Origin: Nitrospinaceae bacterium
GTDB taxonomy: Bacteria; Nitrospinota; Nitrospinia; Nitrospinales; VA-1
Assembly: GCA_046754465.1 (NCBI GenBank)
Contig: JBHHVU010000011.1
Coordinates: 11,436-75,435 of the forward strand
Reading direction: 5' to 3'
DNA length: 64,000 nucleotides
Translations under genes and position numbers: made by a program
Notes under the pieces: generated by a model
Databases searched by the model: none
What the model was told of the DNA's origin: nothing
Seen by the model: only the letters and a program-made list of their open reading frames with translations
Shown here: positions 11,144 through 22,823 of the stretch, piece after piece
Numbering within the stretch: the first letter of the stretch is position 1
Layout of the letters: each line of letters begins with the position of its first letter

Positions 11144-12265
11144 ATGAAAGCCATTCTCGCTTTAGCCGATGGTAAAATATATAAAGGCCAGGCTTTCGGT
11201 GCTTCCGGTGAAGTGGAAGGAGAGATCGTCTTCAATACCAGCATGTCGGGCTACCAGGAAGTGATCACAGATCCCTCCTATTGCGGTCAGATGGTAGTCA
11301 TGACCTACCCTTTGATCGGCAATTACGGTGTCAATCCCGCCGATTTCGAGTCATCCCGCCCGTATTTGCGAGGATTCATCATCAAGGAATTGAGCGGCAT
11401 TCCCAGCAACTGGCGTTCCCGGGAGACCCTCCACCATTTTCTCCAGCGATACGGGGTCGTCGGGATTCAAGGTATCGACACCCGGGCGCTCACCCGTCAC
11501 ATACGGGAGCAGGGAGCCCAGCAGGCGGTGATTTCCACCATCCGGTCCGATCCCCAAGCCCTCGTGGAAAAAGCCCGCCAGTCGGTGGGTCTGGTGGGAA
11601 GGGACCTCGTGAAAGAGGTCACCTGCAAAACACCCTTTGAATGGACCGAGGGGGAATGGCGATTGAATGGGGAAACCTCCAAGGACGTTCCGGAAAAACG
11701 CTATAACGTGGTGGCGTACGATTTCGGGATCAAACGGAATATTCTAAGGAAATTGATCCAGGCCGGATGCCGGGTCCGGGTCGTCCCCGCCTCCACCCGG
11801 GTGGAGGAGGTTTTGGGGATGAAACCGCACGGCATTTTCCTGTCCAACGGGCCGGGAGACCCCGCGGGGGTTCCCTACGCCGTCGAAGCCATCAAACGCC
11901 TGATCCCCAAGTTTCCCGTGTTCGGAATCTGCCTGGGACACCAGATCCTTTCCCTGGCCCTAGGCGCCCGAACCTACAAATTACGATTCGGCCATCACGG
12001 CGGGAACCACCCCGTGATGGATCTTAAAACCCGAAAAGTGGAAATCACCGCTCAAAACCACGGGTTCGCCGTGGATGGCGATTCCGTTAAAAAAGATATC
12101 GAAGTGACCTCCATCAATCTGAATGACAAAACCATCGAAGGAATCCGGCACAAATCGCTGCCGATTCTTTCGGTGCAATATCATCCAGAAGCCTCGCCCG
12201 GTCCTCATGATTCTGGTCATCTGTTTCGTGAATTTTTAGGACTTATGAAAGGAAGCCAACTTTGA
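11144..12265 (+). CDS. carA: Carbamoyl-phosphate synthase small subunit
   Basis: [34 protein letters not shown]. Confidence 0.97.
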   Translation: MKAILALADGKIYKGQAFGASGEVEGEIVFNTSMSGYQEVITDPSYCGQMVVMTYPLIGNYGVNPADFESSRPYLRGFIIKELSGIPSNWRSRETLHHFLQRYGVVGIQGIDTRALTRHIREQGAQQAVISTIRSDPQALVEKARQSVGLVGRDLVKEVTCKTPFEWTEGEWRLNGETSKDVPEKRYNVVAYDFGIKRNILRKLIQAGCRVRVVPASTRVEEVLGMKPHGIFLSNGPGDPAGVPYAVEAIKRLIPKFPVFGICLGHQILSLALGARTYKLRFGHHGGNHPVMDLKTRKVEITAQNHGFAVDGDSVKKDIEVTSINLNDKTIEGIRHKSLPILSVQYHPEASPGPHDSGHLFREFLGLMKGSQL

Positions 12266-13134
12266 AAGAAAAGTTAGAACAATTGATCGAATACGTCACC
12301 GGTAACACGCCATCCAACGAAATTTATGAGGCCAGGAAGGAATACCAGAAAACCGCCGGAGAGATCTACGAAGATGACAAGGCTTATGAAACGCGTATGG
12401 GATTGTTTCTGGAATGGTACATCTGTGACCGCCTGGTGCCGGAGAAACAACAGTCCCTTCTCGAACTGATGATTTCGGAAAATGGGGGAAGATGGTCGCG
12501 GGAGCAACTGGAGTTGTTCAGCGGACTGGCCAACAGCATCAACGGATTGTTCATGCCCAAAAAAATCCGCGACGACCAGGTGGTGGTCCTGAACCTGTTC
12601 GATGAATCCAAATACCGGGTGAAGGAAACCCACGGGAAAATCATGTTTGGCAAGGGCGACATTTTCCAGGCCCGGATCGTTCCCGCCAATGGGGAATATT
12701 TCTTCACCGGGAATTTCTGTTTTCATCCCAAGGAAGCAAACAAATTCATCAAGGAGGAAATCCATAAAGTCACCGGCCTGCATCAAAAAAATATAAAGGA
12801 ATTAAAATCCCTCGATTCCAAATTAAAGGATTTGAATACCCAATTGAAAAAGAACCAAAGGGAAATCGAAAAAATTACGCTCAAAATAGAAAGTTCCGGG
12901 TCCCCTCAAAAAAAACAATCCCTCGGTGAAAAACTCGATCAGTTGAAGGAGGTTCATTCCAGTTTGAATCAGCAAATAACGGCTTTGAAAACGGAAAAAT
13001 CGGATCTGGAAATCCAGAAAATTAAAATCGAGGAACGGGAATCCCGAAACCAGTTGATTCAAAGGCTCACTTACATGAATTTAAAATGGGAACGGTTCCG
13101 TCAGATCGATCTCAAGGATATCTACAGGAATTGA
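12262..13134 (+). CDS. Conserved hypothetical protein with a long coiled-coil insert
   Basis: 290-aa ORF; TTG start overlaps the carA stop and the stop lies 7 nt before carB. Confidence 0.7.
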   Translation: MKEKLEQLIEYVTGNTPSNEIYEARKEYQKTAGEIYEDDKAYETRMGLFLEWYICDRLVPEKQQSLLELMISENGGRWSREQLELFSGLANSINGLFMPKKIRDDQVVVLNLFDESKYRVKETHGKIMFGKGDIFQARIVPANGEYFFTGNFCFHPKEANKFIKEEIHKVTGLHQKNIKELKSLDSKLKDLNTQLKKNQREIEKITLKIESSGSPQKKQSLGEKLDQLKEVHSSLNQQITALKTEKSDLEIQKIKIEERESRNQLIQRLTYMNLKWERFRQIDLKDIYRN

Positions 13135-13141
13135 TACCGCA

Positions 13142-16100
13142 ATGCCCAAACGCGAGGATCTGAAGAAAATATTGTTGATTGGGGCCGGACCGATCATCAT
13201 CGGTCAGGCGTGCGAGTTCGACTATTCGGGAACCCAGGCCTGCAAGGCGCTGAAGGAGGAGGGCTACGAAGTCATTCTGCTCAACAGCAATCCTGCCACC
13301 ATCATGACCGATCCGGAATTCGCGGACCGGACGTATATCGAACCGGTCACCCCGCAGGTGGTGAATATGATTCTCCGGCGGGACCGGCCCGATGCCATTT
13401 TGCCCACCATGGGAGGCCAGACCGGATTGAACACCGCCCTTGCCGTCGCGGAGACCGGCATCCTCGAAGAATTGGGGGTGGAACTCATTGGGGCCAACGT
13501 GGAAACCATCAAGAAAGCCGAGGACCGCCATCTTTTCAAGGAAGCCATGGAGCGGATCGGCCTGCGGGTGGCGCCCAGCGGGCACGCCACCAACATGAAA
13601 CAAGCCTGGGAAATTGTGAAGGGGACCGGATTTCCCGCGATCATCCGCCCCTCGTTCACCCTGGGAGGAAGCGGGGGAAGCATCGCTTATACCGAAAAGG
13701 AATTTGAAAAGCTCATTCGCTGGGCACTCGATACCAGCCCCGTCCGAAAGGTCCTCATCGAAAAATCCCTCCTGGGCTGGAAGGAGTTTGAACTGGAGGT
13801 CATGCGGGACCTCCACGACAACGTCGTGATCGTCTGTTCCATCGAAAACTTTGATCCCATGGGCATCCATACGGGGGACAGCATCACCGTGGCCCCGGCG
13901 CAAACCCTCACCGACAAGGAATACCAATCCATGCGCGACGCGGCCATTGCCATCATCCGGGAAATCGGCGTGGAAACCGGGGGTTCCAACATTCAATTCG
14001 CGGTCGATCCCCAAACTGGCGAAATGGTGGTCATCGAAATGAACCCAAGGGTTTCGAGGAGTTCCGCGCTGGCCTCCAAGGCCACGGGGTTTCCCATCGC
14101 CAAAATAGCGGCCAAGCTCGCAGTCGGTTACACCCTTGATGAGATCCGGAACGATATCACGCGAGTCACGCCGGTATCGTTTGAACCCACGCTCGATTAT
14201 TGCGTGGTCAAGATTCCCCGGTTCACCTTCGAAAAATTTTTTGAGGCGGAACCCATTCTGACCACCCAGATGAAATCCGTTGGCGAAGCCATGGCCATCG
14301 GCCGCACGTTCAAGGAAGCTCTGCATAAATCCCTGCGATCCCTGGAAATCAACATTTGCGGCTTGGAAGAGAAGTTTCATTTCGATCTCGATTCCGGCGA
14401 GCCGGCCGGTCAACCACCGGGAGAAAAACTGAAAAAAATCCTCAAACTTCCTTTTTGGGATCGGCTCTGGCACATCGCCGCCGCCCTGCGGAGGGGGGTT
14501 TCCATTGGCAAAATCCATGAAATCACCGCGGTGGATCCCTGGTTCCTTCACAATCTTCAGGAGATCATCGAATTTGAAAAACAGTTTCAAGACCAGAGGG
14601 ATCTCGATCATGTTCCCGATGCTCTATTGAAAAAAGCCAAGCAAATGGGGTTTTCCGATAAATATCTCGCCGGTCTTCTGGGCTGCTCCGAATCCAGGGT
14701 GACCGGGCGGCGAACCCGTTCCGGAATATTCCCCGTTTATAAACGCGTGGACACCTGCGGCGCCGAGTTCGAAGCTTACACTCCCTATCTTTATTCAACC
14801 TATGAAGAGGAATGCGAGGCGAATCCCACTTCCCGGAAGAAAATCATTATCCTGGGAGGGGGACCCAACCGGATCGGCCAGGGGATTGAATTTGATTATT
14901 GTTGCGTCCACGCCTCCTTCGCGCTGAAAGAGGATGGCTACGAAACCATTATGGTCAATTGCAATCCGGAAACAGTAAGCACCGATTACGATACATCCGA
15001 CCGGCTTTATTTCGAACCCCTGACCCTGGAGGACGTCCTCCACATCGTCCGGGTCGAAAAGCCTGCCGGGGTCATCGTCCAGTTTGGGGGCCAGACCCCC
15101 CTGCGGCTGGCGTTAAGCCTTCTCAATGCGGGGGTTCCCGTGATCGGGACCAGTCCGGAAGACATCGACCGGGCGGAAGACCGAAAACGGTTTAAGGAAG
15201 TTCTGGAAAAACTGGATTTGAAACAACCCGAGAACGGGACCGCCACCTCCCTGGAGGAAGCGGAACGGATCGCTTCCAGAATCGGATACCCCGTGGTGGT
15301 GCGGCCCTCTTACGTTTTGGGTGGAAGGGCGATGGAGATCGTCCACAACCAGAAGCGGTTGGAACACTATATGCGGTACGCAGTTCAGGCCTCACCCGAA
15401 CATCCCGTCCTCATCGATGATTTCCTTGAAAATGCGGTCGAGATCGATGTCGACGCCATCGCGGATGGGCGGGACGTGGTCATCGGCGGGCTCATGCAGC
15501 ATATAGAGGAAGCCGGGATTCATTCCGGAGACAGCGCCTGTTCCCTGCCGGCCTATTCCCTTCCCGAACCGGTCATCGGGAAAATCAAGGATCAAACCCG
15601 GGCCCTGGCCCGGGAACTCAACGTGGTGGGGTTGATCAATATTCAGTTCGCGGTCAAGGACGGCGAAATTTACATCCTGGAAGTCAATCCCCGGGCTTCC
15701 CGGACCATTCCCTTTGTCAGTAAAGCCATTGGCATTCCCCTGGCAAAATACGCGGCCCGCATAATGATGGGAAAGACCTTGGCGGAACTGGGATTGCGCG
15801 GAGAAAAAATCCTCAAACACATCGCCGTCAAGGAGTCGGTTTTCCCCTTCAACAAGTTTACGGGGGTGGACGTACTGTTGGGACCGGAAATGAAATCGAC
15901 TGGAGAGGTCATGGGTATCGATTCCACCTTTGGGCGGGCCTTTGCCAAATCCCAGATCGCCACGGGAATACACCTGCCTCTCGAGGGAGTCGTCTTCATC
16001 AGCGTCAGGGATGCCGACAAACCCGCCGCCGCAAAAATAGCACGCCGTTTCGCCGAAATGGGTTACGATCTTCTGGCGACGCAGGGGACCACGGAATTCC

Positions 16101-16387
16101 TTCGCAAGCAGGGACTTAAGGTTCAGGCGATCAATAAGGTCAAGGAAGGCTCCCCCCATATTGTGGAGGCGATTGAGGGCAATGAGGTGGATTTTATCGT
16201 CAATACCGTTTTCGGGGAGCAGTCCACCAAGGATTCCTTTTCTCTCCGCCGTGCGTCACTGAACCAGAACCTGCCTTATTGCACCACCATGGCCGGCGCC
16301 TCCGCCCTGCTGGAGGCGATACGCTCCATCAAGCAAAAGGAGCTGACCGTAACCTCCCTCCAGGAATACGGGATCCAAGCCTCCTGA
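13142..16387 (+). CDS. carB: Carbamoyl-phosphate synthase large subunit
   Basis: [17 protein letters not shown], two ATP-grasp halves ([19 protein letters not shown]), C-terminal MGS domain. Confidence 0.98.
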   Translation: MPKREDLKKILLIGAGPIIIGQACEFDYSGTQACKALKEEGYEVILLNSNPATIMTDPEFADRTYIEPVTPQVVNMILRRDRPDAILPTMGGQTGLNTALAVAETGILEELGVELIGANVETIKKAEDRHLFKEAMERIGLRVAPSGHATNMKQAWEIVKGTGFPAIIRPSFTLGGSGGSIAYTEKEFEKLIRWALDTSPVRKVLIEKSLLGWKEFELEVMRDLHDNVVIVCSIENFDPMGIHTGDSITVAPAQTLTDKEYQSMRDAAIAIIREIGVETGGSNIQFAVDPQTGEMVVIEMNPRVSRSSALASKATGFPIAKIAAKLAVGYTLDEIRNDITRVTPVSFEPTLDYCVVKIPRFTFEKFFEAEPILTTQMKSVGEAMAIGRTFKEALHKSLRSLEINICGLEEKFHFDLDSGEPAGQPPGEKLKKILKLPFWDRLWHIAAALRRGVSIGKIHEITAVDPWFLHNLQEIIEFEKQFQDQRDLDHVPDALLKKAKQMGFSDKYLAGLLGCSESRVTGRRTRSGIFPVYKRVDTCGAEFEAYTPYLYSTYEEECEANPTSRKKIIILGGGPNRIGQGIEFDYCCVHASFALKEDGYETIMVNCNPETVSTDYDTSDRLYFEPLTLEDVLHIVRVEKPAGVIVQFGGQTPLRLALSLLNAGVPVIGTSPEDIDRAEDRKRFKEVLEKLDLKQPENGTATSLEEAERIASRIGYPVVVRPSYVLGGRAMEIVHNQKRLEHYMRYAVQASPEHPVLIDDFLENAVEIDVDAIADGRDVVIGGLMQHIEEAGIHSGDSACSLPAYSLPEPVIGKIKDQTRALARELNVVGLINIQFAVKDGEIYILEVNPRASRTIPFVSKAIGIPLAKYAARIMMGKTLAELGLRGEKILKHIAVKESVFPFNKFTGVDVLLGPEMKSTGEVMGIDSTFGRAFAKSQIATGIHLPLEGVVFISVRDADKPAAAKIARRFAEMGYDLLATQGTTEFLRKQGLKVQAINKVKEGSPHIVEAIEGNEVDFIVNTVFGEQSTKDSFSLRRASLNQNLPYCTTMAGASALLEAIRSIKQKELTVTSLQEYGIQAS

Positions 16388-16422
16388 CAACCCAAGGGAG
16401 GAGTTATCCCTAGGGAAAGCCG

Positions 16423-17466
16423 TTATTGGGAATCCGATTCCAGGATCAGGTGGTGTATTTCCCCGGCTTGCTGTTCCAAAATGGGCGGATTGGTTTTTCT
16501 GGACTGAACCAGTTCCCCATTTTCAAATCCATCTCCCGCAACAATGTCGGCGACTGAAAAACCTTCCTGAATATTCTTGATCCGGATTACCCCGCGGCGG
16601 GTGAATTTATCTCCCAGATCCATCTGGCTGAAAGGATCCGTATATTTCAGGAAAACGGAATAAACGTTGAAGAAATCTCCAAAACCGATGCCATTGACCC
16701 GTCCCACGTTGATCACCACTTCTTTCTTGTCCTTGTCCACGAAAATGATCTCCCCTTCCAGCGGCAGGATGTACAAATTGGAAGTGATGAACGAGACCAT
16801 TTGCCGGGTTAAACTGGCCAGGGCTTTGCCAATGGAACTTTTTTGAAATTCCCCTGCATCGGGATCCACAGGAAGATTATCGAAAGTGTAGGGGACCACC
16901 CCGGAACTGGTGACAACTTTAAACCTTCTGGAGACCAGGGTTCGCCCGGTATGGTGAGTGGCGAGGTCCAATTCCACCTCCACTTCGGCCTTTTGTTTTA
17001 AAACATCGCCAGTATTCAACAGGATTTCGGCCCGGGTGGGTGGTTTTCCGGGAACAAATTCAAGCACCCGCCCCTGGACCACGAACTGGGCGGGATGAAA
17101 AATATTTCCCGCCGTAACTCCGGAAGCAGGCTTCGTCCCGGTTTGGCCATCTTTCTTTCCAGAAGAGGAGGCGGTTCCAAAGCCCTTTCCCTTTTCCGGC
17201 TTGAAATCATTTTTAGACACTTCCAGCGGTTCCGACGCGGACGGATACTCCGCCACATGGAATTTTCCATCCCGGGAAAGCGATTTCATGAGCATGGCGG
17301 TGATCAATTTTCCAGGATGGTAGGGACCGGTCCAGCCGAGAGGATTTTCCAAGGCCTGGATGGAAAGCCTGTTAATATATCCTGGGAAAGCGGATTCCTG
17401 GAATAAAATCAGGAAAACCGGTACCCCGATCAATGGTAATATTGAAATTTTGATTTTACGGGTCAT
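16423..17466 (-). CDS. Exported CsgG/FlgT-like protein
   Basis: Signal peptide, AQFVVQGRVLEF strand, C-terminal VVINVGRVNGIGFGD..GVIRI FlgT_C-like domain. Confidence 0.55.
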   Translation of the reverse strand: MTRKIKISILPLIGVPVFLILFQESAFPGYINRLSIQALENPLGWTGPYHPGKLITAMLMKSLSRDGKFHVAEYPSASEPLEVSKNDFKPEKGKGFGTASSSGKKDGQTGTKPASGVTAGNIFHPAQFVVQGRVLEFVPGKPPTRAEILLNTGDVLKQKAEVEVELDLATHHTGRTLVSRRFKVVTSSGVVPYTFDNLPVDPDAGEFQKSSIGKALASLTRQMVSFITSNLYILPLEGEIIFVDKDKKEVVINVGRVNGIGFGDFFNVYSVFLKYTDPFSQMDLGDKFTRRGVIRIKNIQEGFSVADIVAGDGFENGELVQSRKTNPPILEQQAGEIHHLILESDSQ

Positions 17467-17669
17467 GGCGTTGACTCAGCAGGATTTTCATTACTTCACG
17501 TATCGACTGAATCGGGGCAAATCTTCATGACAAATTTACTGGATTATCCGAGGAACTTGCCAGGAAAACGCCCCATCCTGGGAAAAATTAGTAAAATCAC
17601 CCAACAAATGATTTCTCCGTCATTAAGCAAGCTTGACCATTTCCAATTTGACAAGTAAAATTAATCCCT

Positions 17670-18425
17670 ATGAAACAATTGATCTTTCTTCTTGGCATCA
17701 TACTTTCCCTCATCGGTTCCCCGTCATTTGCCTCTGAAAACCCGCCTGATGGCATGGTGCGCGTTGCAGGCGGGTGTTTCATGATGGGTACGAACAAGGT
17801 CTTTTATTATGAATTGGGCCGTGAAAATATCCGGGAACGGCCCGCCCACCGGGTTTGTCTGGACAGCTTTTATCTCGACAAATACGAGATCACCCAGAAA
17901 CAATGGGAAGCGGTGATGGGATACAACAATTCTGCTTTCAAGGGGCTTGACCTTCCCGTCACTCATATCCGTTGGAAGGAAGCGGTGGAATATTGCTCGC
18001 GGCTGGGTGGGCGTCTGCCCACGGAAGCCGAATGGGAATACGCGGCCCGGGCCGGCAGTCAGGCGGACAATCCCTGGGGAAATGGAATCAACCGGGAATT
18101 CCTCTGGTACGCTAAAAATTCAGCACGCCACGTTTCCAGCGTCGGCAAGAAAAAACCGAACGCCTGGGGACTGTATGATATGATGGGAAATGTTTGGGAG
18201 TGGGTGTCAGACTGGTTCGCGGAGGATTATTATAAAAAGAGTCCCATGAAAAATCCCAAAGGCCCCCGGACCCGGCAAAGTTGGCATGTGATTCGGGGTG
18301 GGTCCTGGGTGGATGAAGATAACCTGATTCGCGTCACCGTTCGGTACCGGGGGATGGCCGACCCCACGGATACTTTCTGGGTGGGAGCGAGGTGCGCCCT
18401 TTCCCCGCCGGAAAAAAAGAAATGA
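17670..18425 (+). CDS. Formylglycine-generating-enzyme (FGE/SUMF1) domain protein, exported
   Basis: FMMG, ERPAHRV, RLPTEAEWEYAAR, PNAWGLYDMMGNVWEW, RGGSW. Confidence 0.9.
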   Translation: MKQLIFLLGIILSLIGSPSFASENPPDGMVRVAGGCFMMGTNKVFYYELGRENIRERPAHRVCLDSFYLDKYEITQKQWEAVMGYNNSAFKGLDLPVTHIRWKEAVEYCSRLGGRLPTEAEWEYAARAGSQADNPWGNGINREFLWYAKNSARHVSSVGKKKPNAWGLYDMMGNVWEWVSDWFAEDYYKKSPMKNPKGPRTRQSWHVIRGGSWVDEDNLIRVTVRYRGMADPTDTFWVGARCALSPPEKKK

Positions 18426-18493
18426 CATCCCCGGGTCCGTCGATAGTTTCCAACGGCCGTTTTCCCCCTGTCATTCTAAATTGATATCCTGCC

Positions 18494-19126
18494 TTGAACG
18501 CCAGAGCAATCAACCGGCTGTACCGGAAATTGAGCCTGAGTTTCCCCCAGGCGCGATCGGAACTGGTTTATAAAAACACCTTTGAATTGCTGATATCGGT
18601 GATCCTCAGCGCCCAGGCCACGGACAGGTCCGTCAATGCGGTGACCGCCGACTTGTTTTCCAGGTATCCCACCCCCCAGGCGATCTGCCGATTGGGGGAG
18701 TCCCGCCTGCGGAAAATTATTCAGTCCATCGGGCTCGCGCCAACGAAGGCCAAAAATATCGTCCGTACCTGCAAAATCCTTTTGGAGGAATACCGGGGAA
18801 ACGTGCCGGGAACCCGGGAGGATCTGGAAAATCTGCCGGGAGTCGGAAGAAAAACCGCCAATGTCGTGTTGAATGAGGGATTCGGTCAACCGACCATCGC
18901 CGTGGACACCCATGTTTTCCGTGTATCCCAACGCACCGGCCTGGCCCCGGGAAAATCCGTCCTCGAAACCGAGCAGAAACTCCTGGAAATAACCCCCGGA
19001 CAATGGAAAAAACAGGCTCACAGATTTCTAATTCTACATGGACGTTACGTCTGCAAGGCAAAGAACTTCGATTGCGGTCCTTGCGTGATAAACAAGGAAT
19101 GCCAATACCCGGACAAAACGGGTTGA
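18494..19126 (+). CDS. nth: Endonuclease III
   Basis: LSAQATD, HhH LPGVGRKTANVV, AVDTHV, Cx6Cx2Cx5C Fe-S motif. Confidence 0.95.
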   Translation: MNARAINRLYRKLSLSFPQARSELVYKNTFELLISVILSAQATDRSVNAVTADLFSRYPTPQAICRLGESRLRKIIQSIGLAPTKAKNIVRTCKILLEEYRGNVPGTREDLENLPGVGRKTANVVLNEGFGQPTIAVDTHVFRVSQRTGLAPGKSVLETEQKLLEITPGQWKKQAHRFLILHGRYVCKAKNFDCGPCVINKECQYPDKTG

Positions 19127-19237
19127 GAATCCCTCCTTTCCGGCCCGATTCCCGGCGTGGTTTTAAATCCTGATTGGACCTTTCCACATCCAAAGATAGA
19201 TTCACGGGAAAAACCCCAGGGAATTACCGCAAACACC

Positions 19238-20002
19238 ATGAGGACTAAAAACGCCAGGAATTATGAATCGGTTGTGACCCGGCTGGAGCGATCGCTGGAC
19301 GGCCAGGGAACCTTGATATCCCTGGGAGAAGTGTCGACCCCCGGCCGCGTCCATTCTTTAAAGAAAATCGTGTTGGGAAAGGGCCATCCACGCAAAGTTC
19401 TTATATCGGCGGGAATTCATGGGGATGAGCCGGCGGGAGTTGAGACCCTTTGCGCCTGGATAGAAAGAGAAGAATACAAACCCTACCTTAAGAATTGGGA
19501 ATTCACCCTGATTCCCTGCATCAATCCCTTTGGCTATGAACACGGCGTTCGGCACAATCATGAAAATAAGGATTTGAACAGGCATTTTAAGTCCTCCCCT
19601 CCTCCCGCCGAAGTCTGGATCGTTCAAACAGTTTTTCAATCGCCTTTCGATCTCACACTGGAACTGCACGAAGACGTGGACAGTCCGGGTTTTTACCTGT
19701 ATCAAACCGCCCAACCGTCCCTGAATCAAGCTTTGGGAATCAAAATCGTGGAGGAGGTTCAAAAAACCATGCCTGTCAATCCGAATTCACGGATCGAGGG
19801 GATGCCGGCCAGGAAGGGGATCATAGATCGTTTGTCCGATCCGGAAAGTATGCCATGGTGGCCAATGGCCCTCTATGCCCTATCATCCGGAGCCCGGTAT
19901 TGTCTCACCCTGGAAACGGCCAGCCGGTTTCCCCTGGAGACAAGGGTCCAGGCCCACCTGGGAGCGATTCGCGCCGCCCTGGACCATTTTTCCGACTGTT
20001 AA
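19238..20002 (+). CDS. M14 family metallocarboxypeptidase / succinylglutamate desuccinylase-like
   Basis: AGIHGDEPAG, DLNR, LELHED, TLET; start at ATG 19238. Confidence 0.8.
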   Translation: MRTKNARNYESVVTRLERSLDGQGTLISLGEVSTPGRVHSLKKIVLGKGHPRKVLISAGIHGDEPAGVETLCAWIEREEYKPYLKNWEFTLIPCINPFGYEHGVRHNHENKDLNRHFKSSPPPAEVWIVQTVFQSPFDLTLELHEDVDSPGFYLYQTAQPSLNQALGIKIVEEVQKTMPVNPNSRIEGMPARKGIIDRLSDPESMPWWPMALYALSSGARYCLTLETASRFPLETRVQAHLGAIRAALDHFSDC

Positions 20003-20010
20003 AAAGTTTA

Positions 20011-22284
20011 TCAGGTATCCTTGGATTTCATGGGGGTGATGATGGGAATGACGAGGGGTTCCCCCACAGCGAGGGAATTGATGTCTTTTTCAGGATTGTA
20101 ACTGTTCAATAACCAGAAGGGTATGAAATACTGGTCATTGCAGATTTCCCACAGAGTTTCCCCTTTCTTGACGCCGCGGACCAGAAGTTTGCTGACTCTA
20201 TAATTGTTGAAGAAGTCCTCCTGAATGGCCTTGTGATATTCCTGCCTCCTCTCCTCAAACTTATCGGGATCGATGTTGGTAAAGGGAACCTGGATTTTCC
20301 TGTGGACCGGTATGGAGGCGCCCCGTCTGAGATGGTTGACGCGGCGTAATTTTCTGACGGGCAATTGAGCCCATTCCGCATAATGGCTCAGGGTTTCGTC
20401 GAAGTCCACCGTGATGACCCCCATCCTGGCTTTCTTGCGGGCATTGGAAGTAAAAGCCACGGGTAAAAATGCGGGCCGGTTTTTATTCAGCCGATACGAG
20501 GGTGGGGGGTTACTCGCCAGTTGAACGGGAACGCTGGGTTTCACTTCATTGTGGGGTCCCGTGGGAAGAACCCGGTCTCCCTTTTCCACCTTGTCCGCCA
20601 AGAAAGCGGGGGCGGCGGATTTCACCTCCAACTTAGCCTCCTGCATGGAGTTTTCAGAGGCCTTGGGAAAAATCTTGTCCGCGGAACCGGCATCAGTCTG
20701 GGTATTTTGTGCGATTAAAACGGTTTCCCGGACTTTCAGGGTTTGACCGGGATAAAGCGAATTGGGGTTCTTGATCTTGTTCAGCCGGATCAATTCCCCG
20801 GAATTGGTTTGAAAACGCCGAGCGATTTTGGTCAGATTGTCATGTTTCCTGACGGTATATATCCCTCCCTGCGAGGTGTCATAATTTTTGAGAGGTTTTT
20901 GGGCCTTCACGACTCTTAAGCTCGGCTTTCTCCAATTATTTCTTTCCGGAAGCCGGAGCACTTTTCCCATATAGATCCGGTTTCTACGGCCAATATGGTT
21001 CAAGCGTTTCAACTGCCTGACCGTCGTCCCAAATCGCAGGGCCACTCCCGACAGGGTATCTCCCCGGCGGACGGTGTACCATTTGGATCGGATCTGCCGA
21101 TGGTGTTTTTCCGATCCAGGGATCCGCTGGTAAACCGGAACGAGATCATCGAATCTTTGGGCGGCGGCCTTGAAAACAAACCCCTTTGGAATCCGCTTTT
21201 GTCCCCTGATCACGGAACCCCGCAGGGAAGGATTGGCCCGGGCAATATCTTCCCGGCTCATCTGGAAATATTTCATGACCGAGTCGATGTGGACATAATC
21301 GTCAAATCGCATCGACACCCATTCCAGGGGCTTGGCTTTGGTGAGGTTCGGGAAATACTTCTCTTCGTGGCGAACGACATGGAGAGCGGCGAGGAATTCG
21401 GCATAGAAATTTTGAGAAGCGAAACCGAACGTCCGGCTTCGATAATTTTTTATGATGGTAACGATATTATCTCCATACCGGCGTTTGGCCCGCTTCATCC
21501 CCTGGGTGCCGTGGTTATAGGCGGTGATGGCAAGAGGCCAGCTTTGAAGCTCTTCAAAATTCAACTTGAGCAATTTCGCGGCAGCCTGAGTGGAGAAAAT
21601 GGGGTCCCGCCTCTCATCCACGTCATACCTCACGCGCATGAACAGTCTGCCGGTTCCCCGCGTGAACTGCCAAATTCCCGCCGCGCCGGCGCTGGAATAA
21701 GCACCCGTCTGAAAAGAAGATTCCACATGCGGAAGCGCGCTCAATTCCTCCGGCAATCCCTTATCACTCAAAATTTGCCGGATCTCCCGCATATATCGCC
21801 CGGACCGTTTTAATCCCCCCTCGAATCTATCCCTTTGCCCGATCTGTGAACGGATGTTTCTGGCGGCCCGGTAAAACCCGTTGCGAACCATGTCGAAAAT
21901 TCTTTTTTCTTCCCCCTTGAGAAAAGCTTTATTTTTTTTCTTGGCGAGCTTGCGCAGGATTTTCCTATATTTGGCCTTGACCCGGTTCAGCTTTCTCTCT
22001 TTATTGCGACGGGAAAACTTATCCCCCCCCAGGTAGACCACTTCATAAATAATTTTCAGGTCCCTGGAATCGTGAATGACCGCATAATCAGTGGTGTATT
22101 TGGTGTAAATTTTCTTCCAGAAATCGACTTGATCCTCCAGACCGGGAGGAACCGAAAAGTTATATTCGCTCAGCGTATGAATATTATCTGGAAGATTGGC
22201 GAAAGCCGGGGAAAGGAGGGAAGTCGATACAAAAAGAGTAAATAGGAAAGAATAGAGCCCTAGGTTTCTGATCCTCTTCGCCAA
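20011..22284 (-). CDS. Lytic murein transglycosylase with LysM domains (MltD-like)
   Basis: LPHVESSF, AGAAGIWQF, TAYNHG; LysM repeats YTVRRGDTL, YTVRKHDNL, VKKGETLW. Confidence 0.9.
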   Translation of the reverse strand: MAKRIRNLGLYSFLFTLFVSTSLLSPAFANLPDNIHTLSEYNFSVPPGLEDQVDFWKKIYTKYTTDYAVIHDSRDLKIIYEVVYLGGDKFSRRNKERKLNRVKAKYRKILRKLAKKKNKAFLKGEEKRIFDMVRNGFYRAARNIRSQIGQRDRFEGGLKRSGRYMREIRQILSDKGLPEELSALPHVESSFQTGAYSSAGAAGIWQFTRGTGRLFMRVRYDVDERRDPIFSTQAAAKLLKLNFEELQSWPLAITAYNHGTQGMKRAKRRYGDNIVTIIKNYRSRTFGFASQNFYAEFLAALHVVRHEEKYFPNLTKAKPLEWVSMRFDDYVHIDSVMKYFQMSREDIARANPSLRGSVIRGQKRIPKGFVFKAAAQRFDDLVPVYQRIPGSEKHHRQIRSKWYTVRRGDTLSGVALRFGTTVRQLKRLNHIGRRNRIYMGKVLRLPERNNWRKPSLRVVKAQKPLKNYDTSQGGIYTVRKHDNLTKIARRFQTNSGELIRLNKIKNPNSLYPGQTLKVRETVLIAQNTQTDAGSADKIFPKASENSMQEAKLEVKSAAPAFLADKVEKGDRVLPTGPHNEVKPSVPVQLASNPPPSYRLNKNRPAFLPVAFTSNARKKARMGVITVDFDETLSHYAEWAQLPVRKLRRVNHLRRGASIPVHRKIQVPFTNIDPDKFEERRQEYHKAIQEDFFNNYRVSKLLVRGVKKGETLWEICNDQYFIPFWLLNSYNPEKDINSLAVGEPLVIPIITPMKSKDT

Positions 22285-22517
22285 ATGAACCGTCCTTTTT
22301 TTTTAAAAAATTTAAGGAGCTTCGGCACCCAAGATTCAAGGGCGGTAAAGGCAAAGAGACCACCTCATACAGGATTTATAAAAATCCTGCGCCCCTCCAA
22401 GTACCCATAAACGGATAAACCCTTTATTTTGAAAAGGATAACAGAGCAGACCCGATTCCGTCAAGTTAAAACTCGCGGGATGCGGGTTTTTCCCCGGATT
22501 TTTGGAGCCTATTGAAA

Positions 22518-22823
22518 TTATTGAGCTATGGCAGAAGGGGGTTGGTTTGGGAAATCCTTGTTAACCTGATAAATAAAAGCCAGTAATTCCGCCACCACCT
22601 GATACAGGGTTTCAGGAATTTCCTGGTCGACCTCCACCTGGGAAAGGACCTGGACCAGATCAGGGTCTTCTTTAATTGGAATGTTATTTTTTTTAGCCAG
22701 GGCTATGATGTTTTCCGCTACCTGCCCCTTTCCCTTGGCGGTGACTCTGGGGGCTTTATCCTCTGCGGGAACATACTTGAGAGAAACGGCGGATTTTTTG
22801 CGGCTTGATTTTTGGTTTTTCAT
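22518..22823 (-). CDS. FlhB C-terminal-like small protein (EscU/YscU/HrcU family, FlhX-like)
   Basis: AVSLKY..APRVTAKG.G..AE.II..A....IP..EDP.L...L...IP..LY..VAE.LA. Confidence 0.9.
   Translation of the reverse strand: MKNQKSSRKKSAVSLKYVPAEDKAPRVTAKGKGQVAENIIALAKKNNIPIKEDPDLVQVLSQVEVDQEIPETLYQVVAELLAFIYQVNKDFPNQPPSAIAQ

Noticed and set aside
22341..22365. GGCAAA element resembling a c-di-GMP-I riboswitch
   Set aside because: Wrong strand for the downstream gene and no second hairpin or tetraloop-receptor pattern
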